Shown: positions 8,648-17,063, numbered from the stretch's first letter. The stretch: 64,000 bases of DNA from Roseomonas sp. (GCA_020249925.1 JADCER010000001.1:81953-145952); one strand, 5' to 3'. A program made the numbers and translations. The notes: generated by a model not told the origin, from the sequence alone.

Positions 8648-9530
8648 CTACCGTGGCGGCACCAATTCCCGCACCAGCCGGGCCGTGATTTCCGGTTGTT
8701 CAAGCGGTGTCAGATGCGCTGAATCCTCTACGGTGAAAAAACGCGCCCTGGGGATGCGGCGCGTAATTTTCTGGGTCTCCGCCGGAGGGTAACGCGTATC
8801 CTCAGCGCCCGACACCACCAGGACCGGCACTTCGAGCTTTGGCAGCAGCGGGAGCATCGACTCACGTTCGATAAGCGCCGCACGCGCGGCCGCCTGCAGG
8901 GCGCGCGGCGCACGCCCGGGAAAGGCCGCCACAAACTCTTCGATCACTTCAGGATTCTGCGCGCGGGTCCGCCGGCTGAAGAAACCTGCGGCCACGCGGC
9001 GTCCGAAGAACGCCGTATTGCCAAGCAAACCCGTCAGCCAAACGATGGTGCGCGTATCGAAATCGCTGGTACCTGGCCCGAAGGGTGTATTGAAGGCCGC
9101 CACGGCCGAAATACGACGCGGCGCCTGCAAGGCCGCCTGCAAGCCCGCCCCAGGAACAGCCCAATACCGCGGCACGTTCAAGGCCGAAGGCATCGAGCAC
9201 CGCGAGCACCGCCGCGCCGCTCATTGCAATGCTAAGCGGCAATGCCGGTAGGCCGCTCTCGCCATGGCCCGGGGCGCTGATCAGAAGCAGCCGATAATCC
9301 GGCGCCAGGTGCTTCACCAGGGGGTCGAACATCGAAGCCTCGGCATAGAGGCCGTGCCAAAGCAGCAGGGGAACGGTGCCCTGGCCTGCATCCCGAACCG
9401 CCAACTCGCCGGCGGGGGTGGTCACGCGGCGGCCAGTACCGGCCTGGGCGCCGGCGGTTAGACTGGCCGCCATGGTGAGGGCGTTGCCGACAAGGGCTGG
9501 CGTTAGTGGCAGCGGGACGGCGCGGTTCAT
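8648..9530 (-). pseudogene. Alpha/beta hydrolase interrupted by a frameshift (or a sequencing error)
   Basis: Track ORF 8949-9530 carries the HG oxyanion motif (LLLWHG) and the nucleophile elbow GCSWGG, then becomes nonsense. Track ORF 8648-9193, in another frame, carries the rest of the fold (AGLQAALQAPRRISAVAAFNTPF..., VVSGAEDTRYP, EDSAHLTPLEQPE). The frames switch near 9140-9150 in a G/C run. Confidence 0.6.
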
Positions 9531-9570
9531 GGGGTGAACTCCCTTTCACATGGTGGTGTGAAGCAATAAA

Positions 9571-9599
9571 CCTAAAAGTGAATAGCAATCACTTTAGGG
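9571..9599. promoter_or_regulatory. Inverted repeat in divergent intergenic region (candidate TetR/MarR operator)
   Basis: CCTAAAAGTGA-atagcaa-TCACTTTAGG lies between the hydrolase pseudogene start (9530) and the nitroreductase-like gene (9789). Confidence 0.3.
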
Positions 9600-9788
9600 T
9601 TGTGAGGGATAAAGTCAACAGATTTAACATTCATGGCTGATCCTTTCCGCAAGGCTGACCATGGCCCGAAGCGCGCCTCTCAAGGCATGGGTGTGGGCTA
9701 TTTTCATCTTGCAGTTGGTTCGATGTTATACTATTTAGTTTTATGTCGAACAATACCGTTCGCGCCATTCCGAAAGGCCTCTTGCCCC

Positions 9789-10919
9789 ATGACAATCCAA
9801 AGACGCCAAATCCTCACCGCCGCCGGCGCCATGCTTGTCCTGTCGGACGGGATGCTGCGCATGGCGAAAGCCCAGCCCGCACCGGAAGCCGATCCGGCAA
9901 CGCGCCATGCCGATCCGCGTATCCGTGCCGCCGGCCACGCCATCCGCGCCCCAAACCCGCATAATCGGCAGCCCTGGCTGGTGCAGTTGGCGGGCGCTGA
10001 TCGCGTGTTGCTCCGTTGCGACCTTGATCGCCGCCTGCCCGAAACCGACCCATTCGATCGACAGATCGTGATCGGCCTTGGCGGTTTCCTTGAGCTTTAT
10101 CGGATGGCACTGGCGCAGGAAGGCATCGGCGCCGATATCACCCTTTTCCCTGAAGGGCTGCCGGGACGGCGGCTCGATCAGCGGCCGATTGCGGCAATCA
10201 CGCTCCGCCCCGGCACAGGCATGCGCGATCCGCTCTTTGCCGCGGTGCCGACGCGCCGGTCGGCCAAGCAGCCCTATGACATGGCGCGGGTGCCGGATCC
10301 GGCACCGCTCGCCGGCGCGCTCGCTGATCCAAAGCGCCTTGGCTTCACGACCGACCCGGCACGGGTCGCGGCATTGCGTGACATCGCGCAGGAAGGCTTC
10401 CGGGTTGAGGCCAGCACGCCGCATACGTTGCAGGAAAGCGTGGACCTGTTTCGCCTCGGCCGGGCCGAGATGGCGGCGAACCCGGATGGGATCGGCATTG
10501 GCGGACCACAGGTCGAAGAAATGGTCGCCCGCGGGCAGCTGACCCGCGCCGCCTTCACAGACCGCAACGGCCAGGCCTTCGGGCTGATGATGCAAGCGCA
10601 GCTTTCCGTCATTGCGGCTTCGCCCTGCTTTGTCTGGACCACGACACCGGGCAATGGACGCGTGGCGCAGCTTGAGGCCGGGCGCGACTGGCTGCGGCTT
10701 GATCTGGCGGCGAATGCCGCTGGCCTTGGCATCCAGCCATTGAGTCAGACGCTGCAGGAATTCCCGGAAATGGAGCCGCTGCATGAGGCGATGCGCCGCG
10801 CGACGGGTGTGGCATCGGGAGAAAGGCTGCAAATGTTCGGGCGGCTTGGCCATCCGGCATCGCCGGGTATCCGCACCGCTCTACGCTGGCCAGCGGAATC
10901 GCGTATACTGCGCGCGTGA
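9789..10919 (+). CDS. Tat-signal nitroreductase-family (Acg-like FMN-binding) protein
   Basis: Start chosen at MTIQRRQILTAAGAMLVLS (twin-arginine signal). The motif HAIRAPNPHNRQPWLVQL is typical of the nitroreductase-like fold. Confidence 0.7.
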   Translation: MTIQRRQILTAAGAMLVLSDGMLRMAKAQPAPEADPATRHADPRIRAAGHAIRAPNPHNRQPWLVQLAGADRVLLRCDLDRRLPETDPFDRQIVIGLGGFLELYRMALAQEGIGADITLFPEGLPGRRLDQRPIAAITLRPGTGMRDPLFAAVPTRRSAKQPYDMARVPDPAPLAGALADPKRLGFTTDPARVAALRDIAQEGFRVEASTPHTLQESVDLFRLGRAEMAANPDGIGIGGPQVEEMVARGQLTRAAFTDRNGQAFGLMMQAQLSVIAASPCFVWTTTPGNGRVAQLEAGRDWLRLDLAANAAGLGIQPLSQTLQEFPEMEPLHEAMRRATGVASGERLQMFGRLGHPASPGIRTALRWPAESRILRA

Positions 10920-11359
10920 CCCCCACCGACCCGCCCACCTTCCAATTGCTCAATGAGATCGCGATCATTGAGCAATTGGCCCGCAATACCCTGGAACGCG
11001 CGCTGCCGGATCGGCTTCGGCAGCCGCATTTCGCCGTGCTCAATCACCTGGTGCGGCGCGGGGATGGCGCGTCGCCGGGCGCCCTGGCGCGCGCTTTTCA
11101 GACGGCCAAGGCAGCGATGACCAATACCCTGCACCGGCTGGAAGCGCGCGGCCTGATCCGGGTGGAAGCGGACCCAAAGGATGGGCGGGGCAAACGCGTC
11201 TTTCTGACCGATGCCGGGCGCGAGATGCGTGAACGCGCGATTGCCGCTGTTGGGCCGCAGATGGCCGCCATCGGGGGGGTGCTGTCGGAGGCTGAGATCG
11301 CCGAAATTCTGCCGCACCTCAGGCGGCTGCGCGCGCATCTCGACGCCGCGCGGGATTGA
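10916..11359 (+). CDS. MarR family transcriptional regulator
   Basis: Winged-helix core LRQPHFAVLNHLVRRGDG..LARAFQTAKAAMTNTLHRLEARGLIRVEADPKDGRGKRVFLTDAG. The GTG start overlaps the upstream stop (GTGA). Confidence 0.85.
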   Translation: MTPTDPPTFQLLNEIAIIEQLARNTLERALPDRLRQPHFAVLNHLVRRGDGASPGALARAFQTAKAAMTNTLHRLEARGLIRVEADPKDGRGKRVFLTDAGREMRERAIAAVGPQMAAIGGVLSEAEIAEILPHLRRLRAHLDAARD

Positions 11360-11370
11360 TCGGGCGCGGC

Positions 11371-11576
11371 GCTAGAGCGTGTTGCGTTCACATGGGTTCA
11401 CACAACCCGCTCTAGCTCGTTGTTTTTCGAGCATCTTCACACGTTCAGATGATTCCATCTGAACGTGATCTGCTCTAGAGCATGTTGCGTTCACATGGGT
11501 TCACGCAACTCGCTTTAGAGCTTTGTTTTTCGAGCATCTTAACGCGTTCAGATGATTCCATCTGAACGCGATCTGC
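11371..11576. repeat. Tandem duplication of a ~103-bp structured element (two hairpins per unit)
   Basis: Unit 1 is 11371-11471 and unit 2 is 11472-11574. Each has a long stem (GCTAGAGCGTGTTG...CAACCCGCTCTAGC) enclosing GTTCACA-tgg-GTTCACA. A T-rich tract (ttgttttt) follows, then a perfect 12-bp stem with a 4-nt loop (CACGTTCAGATG attc CATCTGAACGTG). Confidence 0.85.
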
Positions 11577-11631
11577 TTGTCTTATGACTCTGGCTCAAAT
11601 ACGGTTTCAAGCCAGGAAGCTGCCAAGCTTT

Positions 11632-11899
11632 GGGGCTTCAGCCCCCGCTCAGCCAAAGTGCCACTTCCGCCGCGCCCCAGGCAAGTGCCAGCAATAGCGT
11701 GAAATCGCGCATGGCGCCGCGCGCCGCCTTGAACCCTGCGCGGCGCGGCCGAAAGCGCACGCGCACCGGGCGTTGCGGGATGATGAGGGAGGGGTCTTGG
11801 TAAAGGGTGCTGCTCATGCGCGGGATAAGAACAAAACAAGAACGATTTGGCAAGCGAAAAATGCGACTGAGAGGCAAAATTTTTTAACCTATTGTTTTC
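11632..11899. repeat. Direct repeat copy B (~268 bp), paired with 7438-7705
   Basis: See copy A. Same orientation, spacing about 4.19 kb. Confidence 0.85.
11638..11817 (-). CDS. Small (59 aa) putative membrane protein, paralog B
   Basis: MSSTLYQDPSLIIPQRPVRVRFRPRRAGFKAARGAMRDFTLLLALAWGAAEVALWLSGG has 3 aa differences from paralog A. Confidence 0.55.
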   Translation of the reverse strand: MSSTLYQDPSLIIPQRPVRVRFRPRRAGFKAARGAMRDFTLLLALAWGAAEVALWLSGG

Positions 11900-12431
11900 A
11901 GACGGTTTCTGGCGGTTTGGCTGAACCATCCCCAAGCGGGCGCTGCATCAGCACGCTATCCACCCAGCGCCCATGCTTCCAGCCTGCTGCCTTAAGGATC
12001 CCGGCCGGGCTGAAGCCTGCGCGGCGATGGAGCGCTATGGACGCCGCATTGCCGCTATCGCCAATCACCGCAATCATTTGCCGAAACCCGGCCGCCGTGC
12101 AGCGCGTGATCACTTCCTCCATCAGGGCCAAGCCAACCCCGCGCCGTCCCGCGCCCGGCGCGACATAGACCGAGTTTTCGACCGAAAAGCGATAGGCCGG
12201 GCGAGTGCGATAGGCGCTGGCATAGGCATAGCCGAGCACACCCTCCGGCGCCTCGGCCACCAGAAAGGGAAAGCCCGCCGCCAGCACGGCGTCCCGACGG
12301 CGGGCCATTTCGCTGTCTTCGGGCGGTTCAATCTCAAAGCTCGCCAAGCCATGCGTCACCCAATGGGCATAAATGGCAGTAATGGTCGGGACATCGCCCG
12401 CCCGGCTGTCGCGGATCAGGAAAGGCTTCAT
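11898..12431 (-). CDS. GNAT N-acetyltransferase (phosphinothricin/methionine-sulfoximine acetyltransferase-like)
   Basis: IRDSRAGDVPTITAIYAHWVTHGLASFEIEPP...SVYVAPGAGRRGVGLALM...HRRAGF matches the PAT-type GNAT pattern. Confidence 0.8.
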   Translation of the reverse strand: MKPFLIRDSRAGDVPTITAIYAHWVTHGLASFEIEPPEDSEMARRRDAVLAAGFPFLVAEAPEGVLGYAYASAYRTRPAYRFSVENSVYVAPGAGRRGVGLALMEEVITRCTAAGFRQMIAVIGDSGNAASIALHRRAGFSPAGILKAAGWKHGRWVDSVLMQRPLGDGSAKPPETV

Positions 12432-12583
12432 GCTTTGGGCCTAAAGGTGAAACGAGGGTACGGCGCAGTCAGCCGCGCATCCCGCATGCCTGATCCATGG
12501 CGCCGAATCGGGCTATGATACCCCGGCATTGGAACCAGCCGTACGCAGCCCCAGATAAGCCGCGCCTGAGGAAGGAGAGCTTC

Positions 12584-13042
12584 GTGTCGCAGCCCCCCGA
12601 TTCGCCCTTGCGGCGCCGTCTGCTCGTGTTGCGCCTGGCCGGAACTGGGCTGGCCCTGCCGGCGGGCAGCGCCTTGGCGCAGGGGCGGAAGGCGCCGGCG
12701 CCCGCAGAACCTGATTTGCCGGGCAAGAACCAAGCGCCCGCGCCGCCGCGACGCAGTGGCGAAACCGATGCCGATCCGGGGGATGAACCGGGCAATGGGC
12801 GCGGCGCGGCGCGCGGTGGGCGCTCGCTTGAAGCAACTGATGCGGACCCGAGCGATGAGCCAGGGCGCGGAAGGGGTGGCAGTGGTGTGACTGACGCCGA
12901 CCCTGGCGATATGCCGGGCAGTGGGCGTGGCGGTGGGCGCCAGCTTGGCCCGAGCGATGCCGATCCGGGTGACCCGGCAGGGCGGGGACGCGGCGCCGCA
13001 CCACCGCAACTCAGAACCGGCAGGATCGCAAAAAAAGCCTGA
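12584..13042 (+). CDS. Secreted (Tat-like signal) repeat protein with 4x [ST]DADP[GS]D-x-PG-x-GRG
   Basis: The GTG at 12584 is preceded by GAAGGAGA at 12571-12578. The signal is SPLRRRLLVLRLAGTGLALPAGSALAQG. The repeats are ETDADPGDEPGNGRG, ATDADPSDEPGRGRG, TDADPGDMPGSGRG and SDADPGDPAGRGRG. Confidence 0.55.
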   Translation: MSQPPDSPLRRRLLVLRLAGTGLALPAGSALAQGRKAPAPAEPDLPGKNQAPAPPRRSGETDADPGDEPGNGRGAARGGRSLEATDADPSDEPGRGRGGSGVTDADPGDMPGSGRGGGRQLGPSDADPGDPAGRGRGAAPPQLRTGRIAKKA

Positions 13043-13055
13043 GCCTGACTTGGCT

Positions 13056-13919
13056 TCAGATCTTCAGTTCCTGGAGTGATTCTTCCACTTCCTGGAAGCT
13101 TGGCATCAGATCCGTCGGCACCATCTTGCGTCCGGTTTCCACCGCCACTTGCGGCGCATTGCCATGCAAATGCGCAACCAGCACGGCGCGGATCACTTCA
13201 TAATACTTCGCCTCTTCCTCGATCACGGCCTTGAGGCGCGCGGCGAAGGGGCCAACCAGACCATAGGCCAACAAGACGCCAAGGAAGGTACCCACAAGCG
13301 CGCTGCCGATCATTTTGCCGAGCACCGCCGGCGGTTGGTCAATGGATGCCATGGTCTTGATCACGCCCATCACGGCGGCGACGATCCCAAGCGCGGGCAG
13401 CGCATCGGCCACCTGTTGCAGCGCATGGGCACTGTGCAATTCCTCTTCCTTCATCTTTTTCAATTCGCGCGCCATCACATCTTCGATCTGATGCGGGTCA
13501 TCGGCATTCATGCCGACCATGCGAAGGTAATCGCAAATGATCGCGACCGTGTGCCGATCCTTCAGGATAGTCGGGAATTTCTGAAAAGCGGCGCTTTCCT
13601 CGGGCTTTTCGATATGGGGTTCAATCGCCATCGGCCCCTTGGTCTGCGCCAAGCGCACCAACCAGAACAGCAGGCTCAGCAATTCCATATAGTCCTTGCG
13701 CTTGTACTTGCCGCCCTTCAGGATTTTGCCGATACCGCCGAAGATATGTTTGACCTCCGAAAGACTATTGGCCATCAGCAATGCGCCAAAGGCAGCGCCA
13801 CCGATGATGGCGAATTCGAAGGGCAGCGCCAGCAGGATAATTTCCATCTTGCCGCCAGCGAGCATGTAGCCGCCGAAGACGCAGACAAGGACAAAAATGA
13901 AACCAGCGATCGAAATCAT
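13056..13919 (-). CDS. motA: Flagellar motor stator protein MotA
   Basis: Clear full-length similarity to E. coli MotA, recalled from memory (FGGYMLAGG..., ADALPALGIVAAVMGVI, VGTFLGVLLAYG, NAPQVAVETGRK). Confidence 0.9.
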   Translation of the reverse strand: MISIAGFIFVLVCVFGGYMLAGGKMEIILLALPFEFAIIGGAAFGALLMANSLSEVKHIFGGIGKILKGGKYKRKDYMELLSLLFWLVRLAQTKGPMAIEPHIEKPEESAAFQKFPTILKDRHTVAIICDYLRMVGMNADDPHQIEDVMARELKKMKEEELHSAHALQQVADALPALGIVAAVMGVIKTMASIDQPPAVLGKMIGSALVGTFLGVLLAYGLVGPFAARLKAVIEEEAKYYEVIRAVLVAHLHGNAPQVAVETGRKMVPTDLMPSFQEVEESLQELKI

Positions 13920-14974
13920 GGGCGTGGCGTCTCCGGCGCCTGGCGGATCAGCGTGATGGAAACACGGCGATTGGCAGCGGCGGTTGGTTGTTCCGGGATC
14001 AACAGGTCACGCTCCGCATGGCCTGTCAGGTTTCTGATGCGATTATCGGCAACCCCTGAATCAATCAGCAGGCGCCGCGTGACATTGGCGCGTTCGGTGG
14101 ACAGGTCCCAATTGCTCCGTTCGCCACCGCCGCGGAAGGGTGTGGCATCCGTATGGCCTGCAATGCTGATCGGGTTCGGCAGACGCTGAATCACCTGCGC
14201 CACCCGCAGCAGCAAGGCGCGCGCGCGATCATTGGGCGCGGCACCACCCAGCGCGAACATTGGCTGGCGTTCCGCATCCACCAATTGAATGCGCATGCCT
14301 TCTGGCGTTTGTTCAATCAGCAATTGGCGGCCGAGATCGGCAAGGGCAGGATCGGCACGTACCGCTTCACGAAGTTGCTCGGCGGCGGCTTCAAAAGCCT
14401 CACGCTCGCGCTTGGCCAATTCCTGGCGCAACTCCAATTCGCCCACATTCTCCGGCCGCTGTTCGGGGGAAGGCTCGGCCGCCGGCCCACCGCGCGGTTG
14501 TTCCGGCCCCGCCAAAGCCCCAGGCGGCGTGCGGATCACGAGCCGGGCATTTTCCGCATCTTCCTGGCCCCTTGGGCCTTCGCGCCGGGGCACAGGCTCG
14601 GCCGGTGTGCGGCTATCATCTTCCTCAATATCCATCACCACCGGGCGCTTGCCAGGCTGCACTTCGATCGTGCCTGTGGTGGACATTAGGGACGCATCGT
14701 CATTCGGTGTCTGGCCGCCAAAGGGCCTGCCGGAGCCTGATACGGAACTGGAGAGAATATTGGTCGGGTTGAAGTAATCGGCGATGCCGCGGCGCTGTTC
14801 TTCCGTGGTGGCGTTGATCAGCCACATCAGCAGGAAGAAGGCCATCATCGCCGTCACGAAATCGGCATAGGCCACCTTCCAGGCGCCGCCGTGATGCGCG
14901 TGCCCGCCCCCGTCTTCCCTTTTGACGATGATGAGATCACCGCCGCTTTGCGAGCCTCTTCCCTTGCGCGCCAT
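13916..14974 (-). CDS. motB: Flagellar motor protein MotB (OmpA-like C-terminal domain)
   Basis: WKVAYADFVTAMMAFFLLMWL TM/plug region and C-terminal OmpA-like ISIAGHTDATPF...NWDLSTERANVTRRLL...NRRVSITL. The stop overlaps the motA start (ATGA). Confidence 0.85.
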   Translation of the reverse strand: MARKGRGSQSGGDLIIVKREDGGGHAHHGGAWKVAYADFVTAMMAFFLLMWLINATTEEQRRGIADYFNPTNILSSSVSGSGRPFGGQTPNDDASLMSTTGTIEVQPGKRPVVMDIEEDDSRTPAEPVPRREGPRGQEDAENARLVIRTPPGALAGPEQPRGGPAAEPSPEQRPENVGELELRQELAKREREAFEAAAEQLREAVRADPALADLGRQLLIEQTPEGMRIQLVDAERQPMFALGGAAPNDRARALLLRVAQVIQRLPNPISIAGHTDATPFRGGGERSNWDLSTERANVTRRLLIDSGVADNRIRNLTGHAERDLLIPEQPTAAANRRVSITLIRQAPETPRP

Positions 14975-15083
14975 GACAGACCGTATAGCCCCAAATGCCT
15001 AAAATCAGCTAATGATACTGTCGAACTAGCGGCAAGGCGCCAGGCTGACGGAAGGGACGCGGTGTGGTTTTGAGACTTGTTTC

Positions 15084-15968
15084 ATGAATTCCCCCATTTG
15101 CGCCGCCCGAGACTCGGCTCAGGCTGAACCTTATCTCATCAGGCGGCCGGAGCGTCAGACCATCCCCTTGGTCTTTGCATCCCCGCATTCGGGTCAGCAA
15201 TATCCGGACCAACTTTTGCTGGATGCGCGGATGGACCCCATTGCGCTGCGCCGGAGCGAGGATTCCTTCGTGGATGAGCTCTTTGCCGGCGCGCCCGCCC
15301 TTGGCGCGCCGCTGATCGCCGCTTCCTTCCCCAGGGTCTGGTGCGATGTGAACCGGGAGGCCTGGGAATTGGACCCGGCCATGTTCACCGATCCCCTGCC
15401 GCCCTGGGTGAATAGCGCAAGCCCCCGTGTCGGGGCGGGGCTTGGAACCCTCGCGCGGATCGTCACCGGGGGCGAGCAGATCTATCGCCGCAAACTGAGC
15501 TTTGCCGAGGCCGAGGCGCGCATCCGCGCCTGTTGGGAACCCTATCATGCCGCACTCGCTGGGCTGATCGCAGAAACCAGGGCAAAGTTCGGCTTTTGCC
15601 TGCTGATTGATTGCCATTCCATGCCCGCCCACCCGGCGCATCTGGCCAATCCACCACATTTTGTGTTGGGCGATGCGCATGGCACAGCATGTAGCCCGCG
15701 CGCCACCCGCCTGATGGAGGAAGCCCTGATCGGCCTTGGCTATAAGGTCAGGCGCAATGACCCCTATGCGGGGGGGTTCGTCACGCGCCATTACGGGCGC
15801 CCTCGGGAAGCGACCCATGCGCTGCAAGTTGAAGTGGCGCGGAACCTTTACATGGACGAAACCCGGATTGAACGCCTGCCGGGCTTTGGACCGCTCAGGC
15901 GGGACATGACCAACCTGATCGAAAGCCTGACAAGGGTGGATTGGGACTTCCTGGCCCCGGCGGCCTGA
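15084..15968 (+). CDS. N-formylglutamate amidohydrolase family protein
   Basis: PLVFASPHSGQQYP ... WCDVNRE ... LLIDCHSMP motifs of the FGase family. Confidence 0.8.
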   Translation: MNSPICAARDSAQAEPYLIRRPERQTIPLVFASPHSGQQYPDQLLLDARMDPIALRRSEDSFVDELFAGAPALGAPLIAASFPRVWCDVNREAWELDPAMFTDPLPPWVNSASPRVGAGLGTLARIVTGGEQIYRRKLSFAEAEARIRACWEPYHAALAGLIAETRAKFGFCLLIDCHSMPAHPAHLANPPHFVLGDAHGTACSPRATRLMEEALIGLGYKVRRNDPYAGGFVTRHYGRPREATHALQVEVARNLYMDETRIERLPGFGPLRRDMTNLIESLTRVDWDFLAPAA

Positions 15969-15982
15969 CCCGGATAAAAAAA

Positions 15983-16005
15983 GGGCGGTGCCCGAAAGCA
16001 CCGCC
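15983..16005 (+). terminator. Stem-loop downstream of the FGase gene
   Basis: GGGCGGTGC-ccgaaa-GCACCGCC has an A-run upstream but only a weak T-tract downstream. It may act bidirectionally. Confidence 0.4.
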
Positions 16006-16202
16006 AAGTTTAGGGAGGAAACGTCCAAGAATGTACAGCGGAAACCGCCGTACGCGAGGGATATAGGAGCCGGGGTCTCGGTTTGCAAGGTATTTTTTTG
16101 CAGCGCAGCAAAATGGTCTTTTGCAATATCAACCACAGGTTTTCTTGCGTATTTTATGGTCGGCAGGGGTAAATCTGGCACGCGGCTTGCGCTAAGGGCG
16201 TT

Positions 16203-17060
16203 ATGCGTTTTGCCCGATCATTCAGACCGCACCTTTCCGTGAAGCTCACCCTTGCAGCGGCTGCGCTGCTTGGCTTGGCGTTGTTACCCCTTTCCGCGGC
16301 GGCGCAGCTCACGCCCTCCAGGGGTTTCAGCGAAGGGCATTTATGCCGCGCCGCCATTGCCGAAGCCGAGCGCGGCGCCAATCTGCCGCGCGGGTTGTTG
16401 CAGGCCATTGGCCGGGTTGAATCCGGCCGGCGCGACCCCGAAACCGGCCATTTCGCCCCCTGGCCCTGGACCATCAATGCCGAGGGGGAGGGCAAATATT
16501 TCCCAACGCGGGAGGCAGCCATTGCCCATGTCCGGCAATTGCAGGCCCGTGGGGTGCGCATCATTGATGTTGGCTGCATGCAGGTGAATTTGCATCACCA
16601 CCCCAATGCCTTTGCCTCCTTGGAGCAGGCCTTCGACCCGCTGACCAATGCCCGCTACGCGGCGCGCTTCCTGACCGAGCTGAATGCCGGGCGGGCGGAT
16701 TGGCGCCAGGCGGCGGGGCATTACCATTCGCAGACGCCCGAAAGGGCCGGGCCTTACCGGGAAAAAGTGCTGGCCGCCTGGGAACAGGAAGCGCGCAATG
16801 CCGGGGACAGTTCGGCCGAGGCGATGGCGCTGGCGCGGCTGCGCGCCGGCTGGGGCAGTGTGGCGCTGGCGAGTGCCGGCGGGATTTCGCTCAGCAACCG
16901 GGCGGAACGCGCGCAGATCATCCCCATCGCGGGCGGTGGTGGGTTCGCTGGCGGTGGCTCACCGGGGCGGGGGCTTGATGCCTATCGCTCGGCGCCGATC
17001 CATGCCGTCAGCCGGCCGATTGTATTGGCGCAGAACGGGCCGGGGCGAACGCTGCGATAG
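16203..17060 (+). CDS. Lytic transglycosylase (SLT) domain protein with signal peptide
   Basis: Signal LAAAALLGLALLPLSAAAQ. SLT core LLQAIGRVESGRRDP...WPWTINAEG...IDVGCMQVNL. Confidence 0.8.
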   Translation: MRFARSFRPHLSVKLTLAAAALLGLALLPLSAAAQLTPSRGFSEGHLCRAAIAEAERGANLPRGLLQAIGRVESGRRDPETGHFAPWPWTINAEGEGKYFPTREAAIAHVRQLQARGVRIIDVGCMQVNLHHHPNAFASLEQAFDPLTNARYAARFLTELNAGRADWRQAAGHYHSQTPERAGPYREKVLAAWEQEARNAGDSSAEAMALARLRAGWGSVALASAGGISLSNRAERAQIIPIAGGGGFAGGGSPGRGLDAYRSAPIHAVSRPIVLAQNGPGRTLR

Positions 17061-17063
17061 GCG

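Noticed and set aside
12428-13009. Minus-strand ORFs (193 aa and 163 aa) overlapping the DADPGD-repeat gene
   Set aside because: They lack an SD and a signal, and are dominated by Arg/Ala/Pro/His. The plus-strand frame has a strong SD, a Tat-like signal and a coherent repeat structure.
15009-16181. 390-aa minus-strand ORF
   Set aside because: It is antisense to the clearly recognisable N-formylglutamate amidohydrolase gene. The same reasoning applies to 18117-19496 (antisense to dgt), 19822-21231 (antisense to argS), 9741-10853 (antisense to the nitroreductase-like gene), 21741-22547 and 22306-23139.
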